A stretch of DNA of 64,000 nucleotides from Bacteroidales bacterium (GCA_035258345.1 DATEVU010000134.1:340-64339); one strand, 5' to 3'. Counted from the stretch's first letter, positions 9,669-19,570 are shown. Translations and numbers: made by a program. The notes: generated by a model not told the origin, from the letters alone.

Positions 9669-9692
9669 CCCACCCCGAGGGGTGGGGGGGGG
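9669..9692 (-). other. GC-rich hairpin (CCCACCCC/GGGGTGGG) abutting a 9-nt homopolymer (G9 on +, C9 on the - sense strand)
   Basis: cccaccccgaggggtggggggggg. The stem spans 9669-9686 and the G run spans 9684-9692. It lies between the tRNA-His terminator and the DUF3267 gene start. Confidence 0.6.
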
Positions 9693-9696
9693 AGGT

Positions 9697-9728
9697 AAAA
9701 AAAATTCTCCGGAGTATTCCGGAGAATT
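9697..9728 (-). terminator. Rho-independent terminator after tRNA-His
   Basis: On the minus strand: AATTCTCCGG-AATACT-CCGGAGAATT followed by T8. This is a perfect 10-bp stem. Confidence 0.85.
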
Positions 9729-9805
9729 GGGGTGGGAGACCGGGCTCGAACCGGCGACCTCCAGAGCCACAATCTGGCGCTCTAACCAACTGAGCTACAA
9801 CCACC
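9728..9805 (-). tRNA. tRNA-His (anticodon GTG) with encoded G-1 and CCA
   Basis: Hand-folded cloverleaf: G-1 / GTGGTTG / TA / GCTC-AGTTGGTTA-GAGC / G / CCAGA-TTGTGGC-TCTGG / AGGTC / GCCGG-TTCGAGC-CCGGT / CTCCCAC / C-CCA. Acceptor pairs 5:68 (T-C) and 6:67 (T-T) are mismatched. Confidence 0.85.
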
Positions 9806-10012
9806 ATTTTAAAACAATGTAATCCTCACCATGGGAACCCTTCGGGACTTTTGGGAGGAGGGCAAAGATAATGATCTTTTCAGGTTTTTTAAAAAAAAGG
9901 TTCAAAAAAAGACCATGGATAACAGGCATCGATTCAGTAAATTAGAACATAAATCAGCATTTTAATCGAAAAAGAGTACTATTTTTGAGACGCATTAATC
10001 CTAAGCGTTGCT

Positions 10013-11482
10013 ATGACTAACCTGGAGAATTATTTTGAACCGTTCAGAAGTAATATTATCGGAAATGATGCTTGTTTTGATTCTCCTTATGGCAGGATAA
10101 AGATCCATTATCTCGACTGGGTTGCCGGTGGCAGGTTGTACCGGCCTATTGAAGACCGGATAACTAATGTTTTCGGTCCTTTTGTTGCCAATACACATAC
10201 GGAAACCAGCGAAACAGGGAACAGAATGACACTGTGCTATCATTATGCACACGAGTATATTAAGAAACATGTAAACGCAGGGCCCAATGACGTTATAATA
10301 ACGGCCGGTTCGGGAATGACCAGTGTTGTGAATAAACTGCAGCGAATCCTCAGCCTGAGAACCGGCAACAAAAGGGTTAAACCGGAGTGCATCGATGTCA
10401 GGGATCGTCCGGTTATTTTCATTACACATATGGAGCATCACTCCAACCAGACTTCATGGTACGAGACGATGGCTGATGTTGTAATGATCCCCCCAGATGG
10501 ATCGCTGCTGGTTGATATCAAAGCACTCCGCTCAGCATTGCTACGGTACGCCGACCGCAAATTCAAGATCGGAGCATTTACAGCATGTTCCAATGTAACC
10601 GGCATCATTACCCCCTATCATGATATGGCCAGGGTAATGCACGAAAACCAGGGAATTTGTTTTGTGGATTTTGCCGCTTCTGCACCCTATGTGAAGATGG
10701 ATATGCATCCGCCCGATCCCCTGGAAAAACTTGATGCACTCTATTTCTCCCCGCACAAATTTCTGGGAGGACCCGGATCATCAGGGGTGCTGATTTTTGA
10801 TTCTTCACTGTACAATTCCGAAATTCCCGATGACCCCGGTGGTGGTACGGTTGACTGGACCAACCCCTGGGGGGAGTACAAGTATGTGAACGACATTGAA
10901 GCGCGCGAAGATGGAGGAACTCCGGGCTTTTTACAGGCCATTCGGGCAGCATTCGCCATGGAACTGAAGGATAAAATGGGGGTCGAACGCATTATGCAAC
11001 GCGAAGGGGAACTCGTGAATATTACCATGAAGGGCCTTCGTGAGATTCCCGGGATCAATATCCTTGCCGGCAATACACAGCATCGCCTTGGGATCATTTC
11101 GTTCTACCACAAAGATATACATTTCAACCTGATAGTCAAGTTGCTTAGTGACCGGTTTGGAATCCAGGTAAGAGGAGGGTGCGCCTGCGCAGGCACCTAC
11201 GGGCATTTTCTGCTGGAAGTGAGTTATGACAGGTCACACCAGATAACCGAAAAGATCAACCATGGTGATCTGTCAGAGAAGCCCGGCTGGGTCAGGGTAT
11301 CCCTGCATCCGGTTATGAAGGATGAAGAGGTGTCCTATTTTCTCGATTCATTAAAAGAGGTGGTCAGGAATCATTCGATATGGAAAAAAGATTATATTTA
11401 TAATCCAAATAAAAATGAGTTCGAACATCGCTCTAAATTAGAATCCAGGGCCGACTGGCTTCAGGAGTGGTTTTCATTATGA
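10013..11482 (+). CDS. Class-V-fold PLP-dependent aminotransferase / cysteine-desulfurase-like enzyme
   Basis: 489 aa. ...ITHMEHHSNQTSW...FTACSNVTGI...DFAASAPYV...LYFSPHKFLGGPGSSGVLIF (Lys in the SPHK motif). Confidence 0.8.
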   Translation: MTNLENYFEPFRSNIIGNDACFDSPYGRIKIHYLDWVAGGRLYRPIEDRITNVFGPFVANTHTETSETGNRMTLCYHYAHEYIKKHVNAGPNDVIITAGSGMTSVVNKLQRILSLRTGNKRVKPECIDVRDRPVIFITHMEHHSNQTSWYETMADVVMIPPDGSLLVDIKALRSALLRYADRKFKIGAFTACSNVTGIITPYHDMARVMHENQGICFVDFAASAPYVKMDMHPPDPLEKLDALYFSPHKFLGGPGSSGVLIFDSSLYNSEIPDDPGGGTVDWTNPWGEYKYVNDIEAREDGGTPGFLQAIRAAFAMELKDKMGVERIMQREGELVNITMKGLREIPGINILAGNTQHRLGIISFYHKDIHFNLIVKLLSDRFGIQVRGGCACAGTYGHFLLEVSYDRSHQITEKINHGDLSEKPGWVRVSLHPVMKDEEVSYFLDSLKEVVRNHSIWKKDYIYNPNKNEFEHRSKLESRADWLQEWFSL

Positions 11483-12705
11483 TTAAAACCGATCCCATGA
11501 GTTTACTTGAAGTGACTGATAAGAAAACCAGGGAAGAATTTCTGGAAGTGCCCAAGTTGCTTTACCGCAATGATCCGAACTGGGCATGTCCGCTGGATAT
11601 GGAAATTGAAAATATTTTTAATCCGAAAAAGAACTCCGGTTTTCAACACGGGGACGCCCGACGCTGGGTTATAAAGGACGAACAGGGAAGACTAACCGGA
11701 AGGATCGCCGCTTTTTATGATAACAACAAAGCCCATCATAACCGGCAACCTACAGGAGGAACCGGCTTCTTTGAATGCATAAACGATCAGGACGCAGCAA
11801 ACCTGCTGTTCGATGCCGCTAAAAATTGGCTGATCTCGCAGGGTATGCAGGCCATGGACGGTCCCATTAATTTCGGTGAAAATTTCATGAACTGGGGATT
11901 GCTTACCGAAGGATTTGTACCCCAAGGGTATGGCATGCCCTACAATTTTCCTTATTATAAATTGCTCTTTGAGAACTACGGTTTCAAAACCTATTTTAAG
12001 CAATACAGCTTCCACGACAATTTCAGCCTTCCATACCCTGAACATATGCGCAGTTTCGGTGAGCGTTTCTGGAAGAAACCGGCATATTCCTTCAAACACC
12101 TGGAAATGAAGCACGCCGAAAAATACCTGCGCGATATGGTAGCCATGTACAATGAAATATGGGCAGAATTTCTGGAAAATTATACCCCGCTGAAATTCGA
12201 AGATCTTTACCAGATATTTCTGGACGCCAAAGCTATACTGAATGAGAAGTTCATATGGTTCGGCTACCACAACAACAAACCTATCGGATTTCTGATTGTT
12301 TTTCCTGACATGAACCAGGTGCTGAGAAAGCTGAAAAACGGCAAACTCAACCTGTTGAATATTATCAGACTGCTGTACTATAAAAAGCGTGCCATAACCC
12401 GGGGACGGCTATTGCTATCCGGCGTTATTCCCGAGTTTCAGCGAATTGGCGCTGTCGGGGGAATTTATCTCAAGCTTGTGGATACCATGCGCGAAGAGGG
12501 AATGGAGGAACTTGAACTTTCGTGGGTGGGCGATTATAATCTTACGGTTAATAAAATGTATAGTCAGTTTGGTGCTACCAAGGAAAAAACCCATACGACT
12601 TACCGTTGTCTTTTTGATCCGACGGCACCCTACGAAAGATTCAACAACCTGAGCCGGAAATTTGCAAAGGACAGGAAAAATGAACAGAATAATTTTGATG
12701 TTTAA
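11479..12705 (+). CDS. Large GNAT-like N-acyltransferase family protein (function unknown)
   Basis: About 408 aa. The C-terminal part GFLIVFPD...VIPEFQRIGAVGGIYLKLV...LELSWVGDYN resembles a GNAT acyl-CoA-binding core. Its ATG at 11479 overlaps the upstream TGA (ATGA). Confidence 0.5.
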   Translation: MIKTDPMSLLEVTDKKTREEFLEVPKLLYRNDPNWACPLDMEIENIFNPKKNSGFQHGDARRWVIKDEQGRLTGRIAAFYDNNKAHHNRQPTGGTGFFECINDQDAANLLFDAAKNWLISQGMQAMDGPINFGENFMNWGLLTEGFVPQGYGMPYNFPYYKLLFENYGFKTYFKQYSFHDNFSLPYPEHMRSFGERFWKKPAYSFKHLEMKHAEKYLRDMVAMYNEIWAEFLENYTPLKFEDLYQIFLDAKAILNEKFIWFGYHNNKPIGFLIVFPDMNQVLRKLKNGKLNLLNIIRLLYYKKRAITRGRLLLSGVIPEFQRIGAVGGIYLKLVDTMREEGMEELELSWVGDYNLTVNKMYSQFGATKEKTHTTYRCLFDPTAPYERFNNLSRKFAKDRKNEQNNFDV

Positions 12706-12716
12706 AATGGATTACG

Positions 12717-12724
12717 TATTTTTG
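12717..12724 (+). promoter_or_regulatory. -7 promoter box (TAnnTTTG) upstream of rpmE2
   Basis: TATTTTTG, 38 nt upstream of the ATG at 12762. Confidence 0.45.
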
Positions 12725-12761
12725 CATCCCGTTTTGAATTTTTTGATAAAAGAAAACTACG

Positions 12762-13034
12762 ATGAAAAAAGGAATACATCCCGATAGTTACAGGCTGGTA
12801 GCCTTCAGGGATATGTCAAACGGCCATACCTTTCTTACCCGTTCAACTGCACACTCAAGGGAGACTGTTGTGCTGGAAGATGGCAAGGAATATCCGCTGA
12901 TCAAGATTGAAATCTCCAATACATCCCATCCTTTCTATACCGGTAAGATGAAGCTGGTTGATACAGCAGGACGTGTTGATAAGTTCATGAACCGTTACAA
13001 GAGCCATTTCGACAAGAAAAAGAAGCAGGAATAG
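12762..13034 (+). CDS. rpmE2: 50S ribosomal protein L31, type B
   Basis: 90 aa. [29 protein letters not shown]...[20 protein letters not shown]. It has no CxxC zinc motif. Confidence 0.93.
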   Translation: MKKGIHPDSYRLVAFRDMSNGHTFLTRSTAHSRETVVLEDGKEYPLIKIEISNTSHPFYTGKMKLVDTAGRVDKFMNRYKSHFDKKKKQE

Positions 13035-13057
13035 TTGGCGTTAAAAAAGATATTCGG

Positions 13058-13090
13058 CTCCGTTTTCAATACAAAGAAAACGGAGTTTTT
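13058..13090 (+). terminator. Rho-independent terminator after rpmE2
   Basis: CTCCGTTTTC-aatacaaa-GAAAACGGAG followed by TTTTT. Confidence 0.85.
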
Positions 13091-13153
13091 ATATTTTTAT
13101 ATGCAGTATCCAACCTTGCCGGATAGTCAGGGAGATTACCAAGTTATTTTGAG

Positions 13154-13161
13154 TATATTTG
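13154..13161 (+). promoter_or_regulatory. -7 promoter box (TAnnTTTG)
   Basis: TATATTTG, 22 nt upstream of the ATG at 13183. Confidence 0.45.
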
Positions 13162-13182
13162 CATAATAATCAAGCAAGTCCG

Positions 13183-14388
13183 ATGAATGGTACCCCGCGT
13201 AATTTTGTATTGTTCGATGATCAGGCGCGCGGTCATTTGTTGCCGTTTACTTTTATCAGACCGGTGGCAGAGCTACGGGTGGGCATACTGACCATCAGGG
13301 AAAAATGGGAAAAGTGGACCGGGCATTCTTTTACACATGTCACCGAAGACTATCTCGAGGAAAAGTATCCCCTTATCATAGGTGAAGAAAACCTGATTAT
13401 CAACGGATCAGTTATACCCAATCGTGATCTGGTAGATGAAATATCAGCCCTGGTTTGCGGTGAAATGCTGGTGAAAGATAACATCCTGATCGCCGGATGT
13501 CTGGATCAGCCTTCCCTTGAGACCTTTGACCTGTCGGTTCCCACCGGATATACACAAAAACAGGCACAATCAACTTTCAACCGGATCTCAAAACCGTGGC
13601 ATATTTTCAGATTGAACGGAGAAGTGCTTACGGCTGATTTCGGTTTGGTGACTGCGGGCAGGACCTCATCTCTTATCAGTTCAACCAACCACCTCATCGA
13701 GCCCGGGAATATTTTTGCAGAAGAAGGTGCCAGGTTAGAATACTGTACCATAAACGCATCCGGAGGCCCGGTTTACATAGGGAGAAATGCTGAAATTATG
13801 GAAGGCTCCTCGATCCGCGGCCCCTTTGCATTGTGCGAAGGAGGTCAGGTTAAGATGGGAGCAAGAATTTATGGTGCAACAACAATTGGTCCTTACTCCC
13901 GGGTAGGAGGCGAGGTTACAAATTCGGTAATATTCGATTATTCAAACAAAGTACATGAAGGCTACGTGGGCAATTCGGTAATAGGAGATTGGTGTAATAT
14001 AGGTGCCGGCTCCAACACATCGAACCTGAAAAACAATTATGCCCTGGTTAAGGTGTGGAATTATGTGACCAGTAAAGCTGAAGATACAGGTTTGCAGTTT
14101 TGCGGCCTGATGATGGGAGACTATTCCCGCTGTGGCATAAGTACCATGTTCAATACGGGTTCGGTTGTAGGGGTCTCGACCAATATTTTCGGATCGGGTT
14201 TCCCGGGTAATTTTGTTCCGTCGTTTTCCTGGGGAGGTGCTGCCGGTTTTGAAACATACTGGTTGATTAAGGCAATAGAAACGCTTGAGAAAGCCATGAT
14301 ATCACGAAACAGGGTAATGTCTGAATCCGAGCGGAAAATTATCAGCCGTGTTTTTGTGGTAACCGACCGTTACCGCAAATCGGTTTGA
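13183..14388 (+). CDS. GlmU-family putative sugar nucleotidyltransferase/acyltransferase (left-handed beta-helix)
   Basis: NFVLFDDQARGHLLPFTFIRPVAELRVGILTIREKW, then hexapeptide-repeat-like segments (IGRNAEIMEGSSIRG...VGGEVTNSVIFDYSNKVHEGYVGNSVIGDWCNIGAGS). The track start at 13159 is a TTG; I prefer the ATG at 13183. Confidence 0.7.
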   Translation: MNGTPRNFVLFDDQARGHLLPFTFIRPVAELRVGILTIREKWEKWTGHSFTHVTEDYLEEKYPLIIGEENLIINGSVIPNRDLVDEISALVCGEMLVKDNILIAGCLDQPSLETFDLSVPTGYTQKQAQSTFNRISKPWHIFRLNGEVLTADFGLVTAGRTSSLISSTNHLIEPGNIFAEEGARLEYCTINASGGPVYIGRNAEIMEGSSIRGPFALCEGGQVKMGARIYGATTIGPYSRVGGEVTNSVIFDYSNKVHEGYVGNSVIGDWCNIGAGSNTSNLKNNYALVKVWNYVTSKAEDTGLQFCGLMMGDYSRCGISTMFNTGSVVGVSTNIFGSGFPGNFVPSFSWGGAAGFETYWLIKAIETLEKAMISRNRVMSESERKIISRVFVVTDRYRKSV

Positions 14389-14522
14389 TGGCTTAAATGC
14401 ATTTGGTTATTAAGAGTTTCCGGCATGGCATGAAGATTGACATTTATAATGGCTGAACTTTATTCAACACCGGGCTGACATTTTGTCTATTTATTTGTTG
14501 TTTTCAGGAGGAATCTATATTT

Positions 14523-16979
14523 ATGAGCTATTTGCAGGAAAAAAAAATGAGTGGGTTATTTCTTTCATCAACCGTCAACGAAGATACCGACTTCATTCCC
14601 CTGATCTCGGAAGAGGACGAGGAGAGCATTACGATGTCACATGTTCCTGAAACACTTCCAATCCTTCCCTTAAGAAATACAGTCCTGTTCCCGGGAGTAA
14701 TAATTCCTATCACCGTAGGACGCGACAAATCCATGAAACTGGTCAGGGATATTTACCAGAAAAGCAAGATAATGGGAACCGTTGCGCAAAGAGATCCCAA
14801 TATGGATGAACCCGGACCGGATGACATGTTTAATGTAGGTACGGTAGCCCAGTTGCTCAGGATTCTTGAAATGCCTGACGGAACTACTTCTGTGATCATA
14901 CAGGGGAAAAGACGTTTCAAGATCAATGAAGTTGTATCCACCGATCCTTATTACCTGGCGAAGGTAAGTCCGCTGGATGACGTAAAACCACGCCGCAAGG
15001 ACCATGAATTCGAGGCTATTGTCGGATCGCTCAAGGATCTTTCCCTGAAAATAATCAAACTTTCCAGCAATATTCCGCCCGAAACCTCTTTTGCAGTAAA
15101 GAATATCGAGAGTTCTTCATTCCTGATAAACTTTATCAGTTCGAACAGCGATATCCGGATGTCGGAAAAGCAGCACCTCCTGGAACAAAGCAACCTGAAG
15201 AAAAGGGCAACTTCCCTGTTGCAGTACCTTGCACGGGAAGTGCAGATGCTTGAACTGAAGCACGATATCCAGACAAAGGTCAAGATTGACATGGACCAGC
15301 AGCAGCGTGAGTACTTCCTGCATCAGCAGATGAAAACCATACAGGATGAGTTGGGCGGAAACCCGGTTGAACAGGAGATTGAAGAACTTAAGGCCAGGGC
15401 TAAAAGGAAAAAATGGAAAAAAGAGGTTGCCACAACCTTCGGCAAGGAGGTAGATAAGCTTACCAGGTTAAATCCGGCTACCGGTGAGTATTCTGTACAA
15501 CTGAACTATCTGCAGACTTTGCTGGAATTACCCTGGAACTATTACACAAAAGACAACTTCGACCTGAACAGGGCCCAGCGCATACTCGATAAAGATCATT
15601 TCGGCCTGGAGAAGGTAAAAGAAAGGATCATTGAACATCTCGCCGTGCTCAAGCTTAAAGGTGATATGAAATCCCCGATAATTTGCCTGTATGGTCCTCC
15701 GGGTGTCGGTAAAACATCGCTCGGGAAATCGGTTGCCAAAGCCCTTAACCGGAAGTATATCAGGATGTCCCTTGGCGGGTTGCATGATGAGGCGGAGATC
15801 CGCGGGCACCGCAAAACCTATATCGGGGCTATGCCGGGAAGAATCATTCAAAGCCTGAGGAAAACAAAATCCGCCAATCCGGTTTTTGTGCTGGATGAAA
15901 TTGACAAAGTAGGCCGCGATTTTCATGGCGATCCTGCTTCCGCACTTCTTGAGGTGCTTGATCCAGAGCAGAACAGTGCTTTTTATGACAATTTCATTGA
16001 ACTTGAATTTGACCTGTCCAGGGTGTTGTTTATTGCTACCGCAAACACCACCAGCACTATCAATCCTGCCCTGGTAGACCGGATGGAACTCATCAATGTA
16101 AGCGGTTATATTATCGAGGAAAAAGTTGAAATTGCCCGCAGGCATCTGGTCCCAAAGGAGCTTAAGAATCATGGTCTAACATCACGAGCGCTTACGCTGT
16201 CGAAGAAAATGCTGGAATACCTGGTAGAGAATTATACCCGTGAGTCCGGGGTCCGGGAGCTGGACAAAACATTGGCCAAGATCGTCCGTGTAATTGCGAG
16301 GAAAGTTGCCATGGAGGAATCCTATAATAAAAACGTTACCGTGAATGATATTGAGACAATCCTCGGGGCACCCAAATACCTCCAGGATAAATATCAGGGT
16401 AACGACATAGCCGGAGTAGTCACCGGGCTTGCATGGACAGCTTCCGGCGGCGAGATACTTTTTGTGGAAACAAGTCTGAGTAAAGGCAAAGGCACGCTTA
16501 CCCTCACCGGTAACCTGGGCGATGTAATGAAGGAATCGGCTGTTATTGCCCTCGAGTATATCAAATCGCATGGCGAGATACTTGGATTATTACCTGAAAC
16601 TTTTGAAAACTGGAATGTGCATGTGCATGTTCCCGAAGGTGCCATTCCCAAGGACGGCCCTTCGGCAGGTATTACCATGGCCACTTCCATTGCTTCGGCC
16701 ATGACACGGCGTAAAGTAAAAAAGCAGGCTGCCATGACAGGTGAAATTACACTCCGGGGAAAGGTATTGCCTGTAGGCGGAATTAAGGAAAAAATACTGG
16801 CCGCAAAACGTGCCAATATCCTGGAAATAATCCTGTCGGAGGAGAACCGCAGGGATATAGCGGAAATCAACGGGATTTACCTGAAAGGACTTACCTTCCA
16901 TTATGTGAACAATATCATGCAGGTATTTGATCGGGCATTGCTGCAGGAAAAAGTTGAAAAACCGGTAATAATCGCATAA
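14523..16979 (+). CDS. lon: ATP-dependent Lon protease (endopeptidase La)
   Basis: 818 aa. [23 protein letters not shown]; Walker [10 protein letters not shown]; catalytic [14 protein letters not shown]...K. Confidence 0.97.
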   Translation: MSYLQEKKMSGLFLSSTVNEDTDFIPLISEEDEESITMSHVPETLPILPLRNTVLFPGVIIPITVGRDKSMKLVRDIYQKSKIMGTVAQRDPNMDEPGPDDMFNVGTVAQLLRILEMPDGTTSVIIQGKRRFKINEVVSTDPYYLAKVSPLDDVKPRRKDHEFEAIVGSLKDLSLKIIKLSSNIPPETSFAVKNIESSSFLINFISSNSDIRMSEKQHLLEQSNLKKRATSLLQYLAREVQMLELKHDIQTKVKIDMDQQQREYFLHQQMKTIQDELGGNPVEQEIEELKARAKRKKWKKEVATTFGKEVDKLTRLNPATGEYSVQLNYLQTLLELPWNYYTKDNFDLNRAQRILDKDHFGLEKVKERIIEHLAVLKLKGDMKSPIICLYGPPGVGKTSLGKSVAKALNRKYIRMSLGGLHDEAEIRGHRKTYIGAMPGRIIQSLRKTKSANPVFVLDEIDKVGRDFHGDPASALLEVLDPEQNSAFYDNFIELEFDLSRVLFIATANTTSTINPALVDRMELINVSGYIIEEKVEIARRHLVPKELKNHGLTSRALTLSKKMLEYLVENYTRESGVRELDKTLAKIVRVIARKVAMEESYNKNVTVNDIETILGAPKYLQDKYQGNDIAGVVTGLAWTASGGEILFVETSLSKGKGTLTLTGNLGDVMKESAVIALEYIKSHGEILGLLPETFENWNVHVHVPEGAIPKDGPSAGITMATSIASAMTRRKVKKQAAMTGEITLRGKVLPVGGIKEKILAAKRANILEIILSEENRRDIAEINGIYLKGLTFHYVNNIMQVFDRALLQEKVEKPVIIA

Positions 16980-16990
16980 TACACGTCTAT

Positions 16991-17021
16991 AACCGTAATT
17001 CACCGATTTACGGTTGGTTTT
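16991..17021 (+). terminator. Candidate terminator hairpin after lon
   Basis: AACCGTAA-ttcaccgat-TTACGGTT followed by GGTTTT. The 8-bp stem has only a short, interrupted U tract. Confidence 0.45.
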
Positions 17022-17064
17022 AAGCCCCGGGTGTAATTACTTTGAATCAAAATTTTAATACTAT

Positions 17065-17598
17065 ATGAAAATGGCACCAGGATTATTTTGGGGAGTTCTG
17101 TTGGTCCTGATCGGACTGGCGGCTATATTCCGTGTGGTTTTTGATGTAAACCTCTTCGGCGTACTTTTTGCAATGTTTCTTATTTTTGTAGGTATAACCA
17201 TACTGGTTGGTAAACCATGGATGCTGCAACACCGCAAGGGAGAAAGGAATGTCATGTTTGAGGACAGGTCGGTACACGAACAACCAAGCGACCATTCGGA
17301 ATACAATGTTATTTTTGGCAGATCGGTTTATGACTTCCGAAATATTACATTCCCTAACAACGAACCTATCAGCATTAAAATCAATACAATATTCGGGAAT
17401 ACAGTGATCAGGATCAATAAGGATATACCGTTGAAGATCAAGTCAGATGCGGTATTTGCTTCATCTGCCATGCCCGACGGGAACTCAGTAGTTTTCGGAA
17501 CCATTCATTATAATACCGATTCCTTTGCTGTAAAAACGCATCACCTGTACATTGACGCGCCGGTAGTTTTCGGATCAGTGATGGTGAAAGCTGAGTAG
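17065..17598 (+). CDS. Membrane protein with two N-terminal TM helices and a beta-rich C-terminal domain (possibly LiaF/DUF5668-like)
   Basis: 177 aa. GLFWGVLLVLIGLAAIF...LFAMFLIFVGITILVG. Only a weak family resemblance by eye. Confidence 0.4.
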   Translation: MKMAPGLFWGVLLVLIGLAAIFRVVFDVNLFGVLFAMFLIFVGITILVGKPWMLQHRKGERNVMFEDRSVHEQPSDHSEYNVIFGRSVYDFRNITFPNNEPISIKINTIFGNTVIRINKDIPLKIKSDAVFASSAMPDGNSVVFGTIHYNTDSFAVKTHHLYIDAPVVFGSVMVKAE

Positions 17599-17654
17599 GT
17601 ATTTTAATTCTGATGATAAATACCTAAGTTTACCGCGATCAAATCAACTTTGCT

Positions 17655-18134
17655 ATGTCGGGGGATAAAATAAAAATTGCTGTTTTTCCAGGTTCATTCG
17701 ATCCTTTTACAATCGGACATGAATCGATAGTTCGCCGTGCACTAGATATGTTTGACAAGATCATCATCGGCATTGGTGACAATACCACAAAAACAAGCTT
17801 TTTCCCGGTAGGAAAGCGTATCGGATTGATCAGAAAAGTTTTTGAGGATACCGGGGGACGGGTTGAGGTGAAAATCTTCAAGGGACTGACAGTTGATTTC
17901 TGTAAAATTGAGAAATCACGCTATATATTACGGGGATTGCGCACGGCTGCAGATTTTGAGTATGAACGGGCCATAGCGCAAACCAACAAAGCCATGTACC
18001 CGGATATAGAAACGGTTTTCCTGCTTACTCTTCCCCAGCATACCCATGTAAATTCATCCATCATCAGGGAAATAATTAAACAGGGTGGCGACGCGAGCCA
18101 GTTCCTGCCGATGGGTTTCAGTATTGATCAATAG
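17655..18134 (+). CDS. coaD: Pantetheine-phosphate adenylyltransferase
   Basis: 159 aa. IAVFPGSFDPFTIGHESIVRRAL...ILRGLRTAADFEYE...SSIIREI. Confidence 0.95.
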   Translation: MSGDKIKIAVFPGSFDPFTIGHESIVRRALDMFDKIIIGIGDNTTKTSFFPVGKRIGLIRKVFEDTGGRVEVKIFKGLTVDFCKIEKSRYILRGLRTAADFEYERAIAQTNKAMYPDIETVFLLTLPQHTHVNSSIIREIIKQGGDASQFLPMGFSIDQ

Positions 18135-18154
18135 AATATTATTATTTCAATACC

Positions 18155-19570
18155 ATGGTCAGAATTTTTTTCTTATTTTTCCTGGTATTATATTCCCCCG
18201 GCATGTTTGTTTCTTATGCCCAGCCTGTGGTCATCTCCGGCACTTCTCCTTCCTATGCCAATACCTCGTTTGAATTCCTGAAAACCACCGACTGGATCAC
18301 CGGAACCGAGGAAGTGGCCGGCACCTGCCAGGTGTCAGAAAATGGTGATTTCAGGATAGAGATCCCCCTTGGCGAAACCGAGCAACTGTATCTCTACATG
18401 GGAATATACAGGGGATTCTTTTACGCTGAGCCCGGTAAATCATACCGACTGGTATTACCGGAGCGGCAGGATAAATCACCGGAAGATATGTTGAATCCTT
18501 ATTTTGAGCCTGTGGAGGTGCATATCGGCTTATCCAATTTCAGCAACAGTGATCTGAATATGCTTATTATGATGTTCGATGATGCCTATATCCCTTATTA
18601 TGACAAGCATGTCAACAACCTGTACATAAAGACAGATATTAACCGGCTGGAAGAGGATATTCGAAACATAGAAAATCCATTCCGTGACTATCCCGGGGTT
18701 TTTTTCCGGCAATACCGGCAATACCACTATGGAGTGCTTAAACTGCTCGCTAATCAGCAGCGCGTTCAAAGCCAGTCGGATGAGTATTTTAACGACCAAC
18801 CGGTACAGTATAACAATCCCGCTTATGCCGGACTGTTTAACCAGGTTTATGATAAATATTTTGTGTTCTTCGGCCGGTCTCCGGAAGGCAGCCAGATCTA
18901 TGCGGATATCAACCAATCAGGCAGTTACCGGGCATTATCCGCCACCCTCTCCGGGACCATCAATTTCAGCAACGATACGCTTAAAGAACTGATCATGCTG
19001 AAGCAGATCCACGATGAGTTTTACGGAAACCAGTTTTCCCGGTCCGGACTTATAAAAATACTGGACTCGCTGATGATCGAGACAAAGATTGAAAGGCACC
19101 GGTATATAGGGCAGAACATCAGGGGAAAAATAACCCGGTTACAGCCGGGGTATGAACCTCCGCAATTTGAGCTGCAGGATACCGATGGTAACCTGGTGAA
19201 ATTATCGGATTTCAGGGGCAGTTATGTATACCTTAATTTCTGTACCTGCCAGAGTTATGCATGCCTCAATGAGTTTAACATGCTCACGGCACTTTACCAA
19301 AAACACAAGGATCACCTGGTCATTCTTACCATTGCCACCGATCCCATGGAGGAAATACTCAGGCAGTTCCTGGCAAAAAACAAGTACGACTGGAAATTCC
19401 TTCATTATGATAATCAGCCATCGGTCATCAGGGATTATGACATCAGGGCATTTCCTACCTATTTTCTTATTGGTCCGGACGGAAAACTGATCTTTTCACC
19501 GGCCGATTCGCCGGCTGAAAATTTTGAGCAAAAATTGTTTGAGGCAATGCGTTCGAGGGGGGATCTATAA
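18155..19570 (+). CDS. Exported protein with a C-terminal TlpA/redoxin-like thioredoxin fold and a non-canonical active-site motif
   Basis: 471 aa. The C-terminal 140 aa read PPQFELQDTDGNLVKLSDFRGSYVYLNFCTCQSYACLNEF...AFPTYFLIGPDGKL. The N-terminal roughly 330 aa are unassigned. Confidence 0.7.
   Translation: MVRIFFLFFLVLYSPGMFVSYAQPVVISGTSPSYANTSFEFLKTTDWITGTEEVAGTCQVSENGDFRIEIPLGETEQLYLYMGIYRGFFYAEPGKSYRLVLPERQDKSPEDMLNPYFEPVEVHIGLSNFSNSDLNMLIMMFDDAYIPYYDKHVNNLYIKTDINRLEEDIRNIENPFRDYPGVFFRQYRQYHYGVLKLLANQQRVQSQSDEYFNDQPVQYNNPAYAGLFNQVYDKYFVFFGRSPEGSQIYADINQSGSYRALSATLSGTINFSNDTLKELIMLKQIHDEFYGNQFSRSGLIKILDSLMIETKIERHRYIGQNIRGKITRLQPGYEPPQFELQDTDGNLVKLSDFRGSYVYLNFCTCQSYACLNEFNMLTALYQKHKDHLVILTIATDPMEEILRQFLAKNKYDWKFLHYDNQPSVIRDYDIRAFPTYFLIGPDGKLIFSPADSPAENFEQKLFEAMRSRGDL

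Noticed and set aside
9036-9805. tRNA-His as an integration site for a genomic island, which could explain the chimeric-looking acceptor stem
   Set aside because: There is no integrase, no direct repeat of the tRNA 3' end, and no accessory cargo downstream. The flanking genes (DUF3267 protein, PHP phosphatase, thyA-folA) look like ordinary chromosome.
9851-9985. A 44-aa ORF (MGTLRDFWEEGKDNDLFRFFKKKVQKK…) in the gap between tRNA-His and the aminotransferase
   Set aside because: It has low-complexity A/T-run-derived composition, no promoter box and no recognisable fold. It is probably non-coding promoter DNA for the divergent genes.
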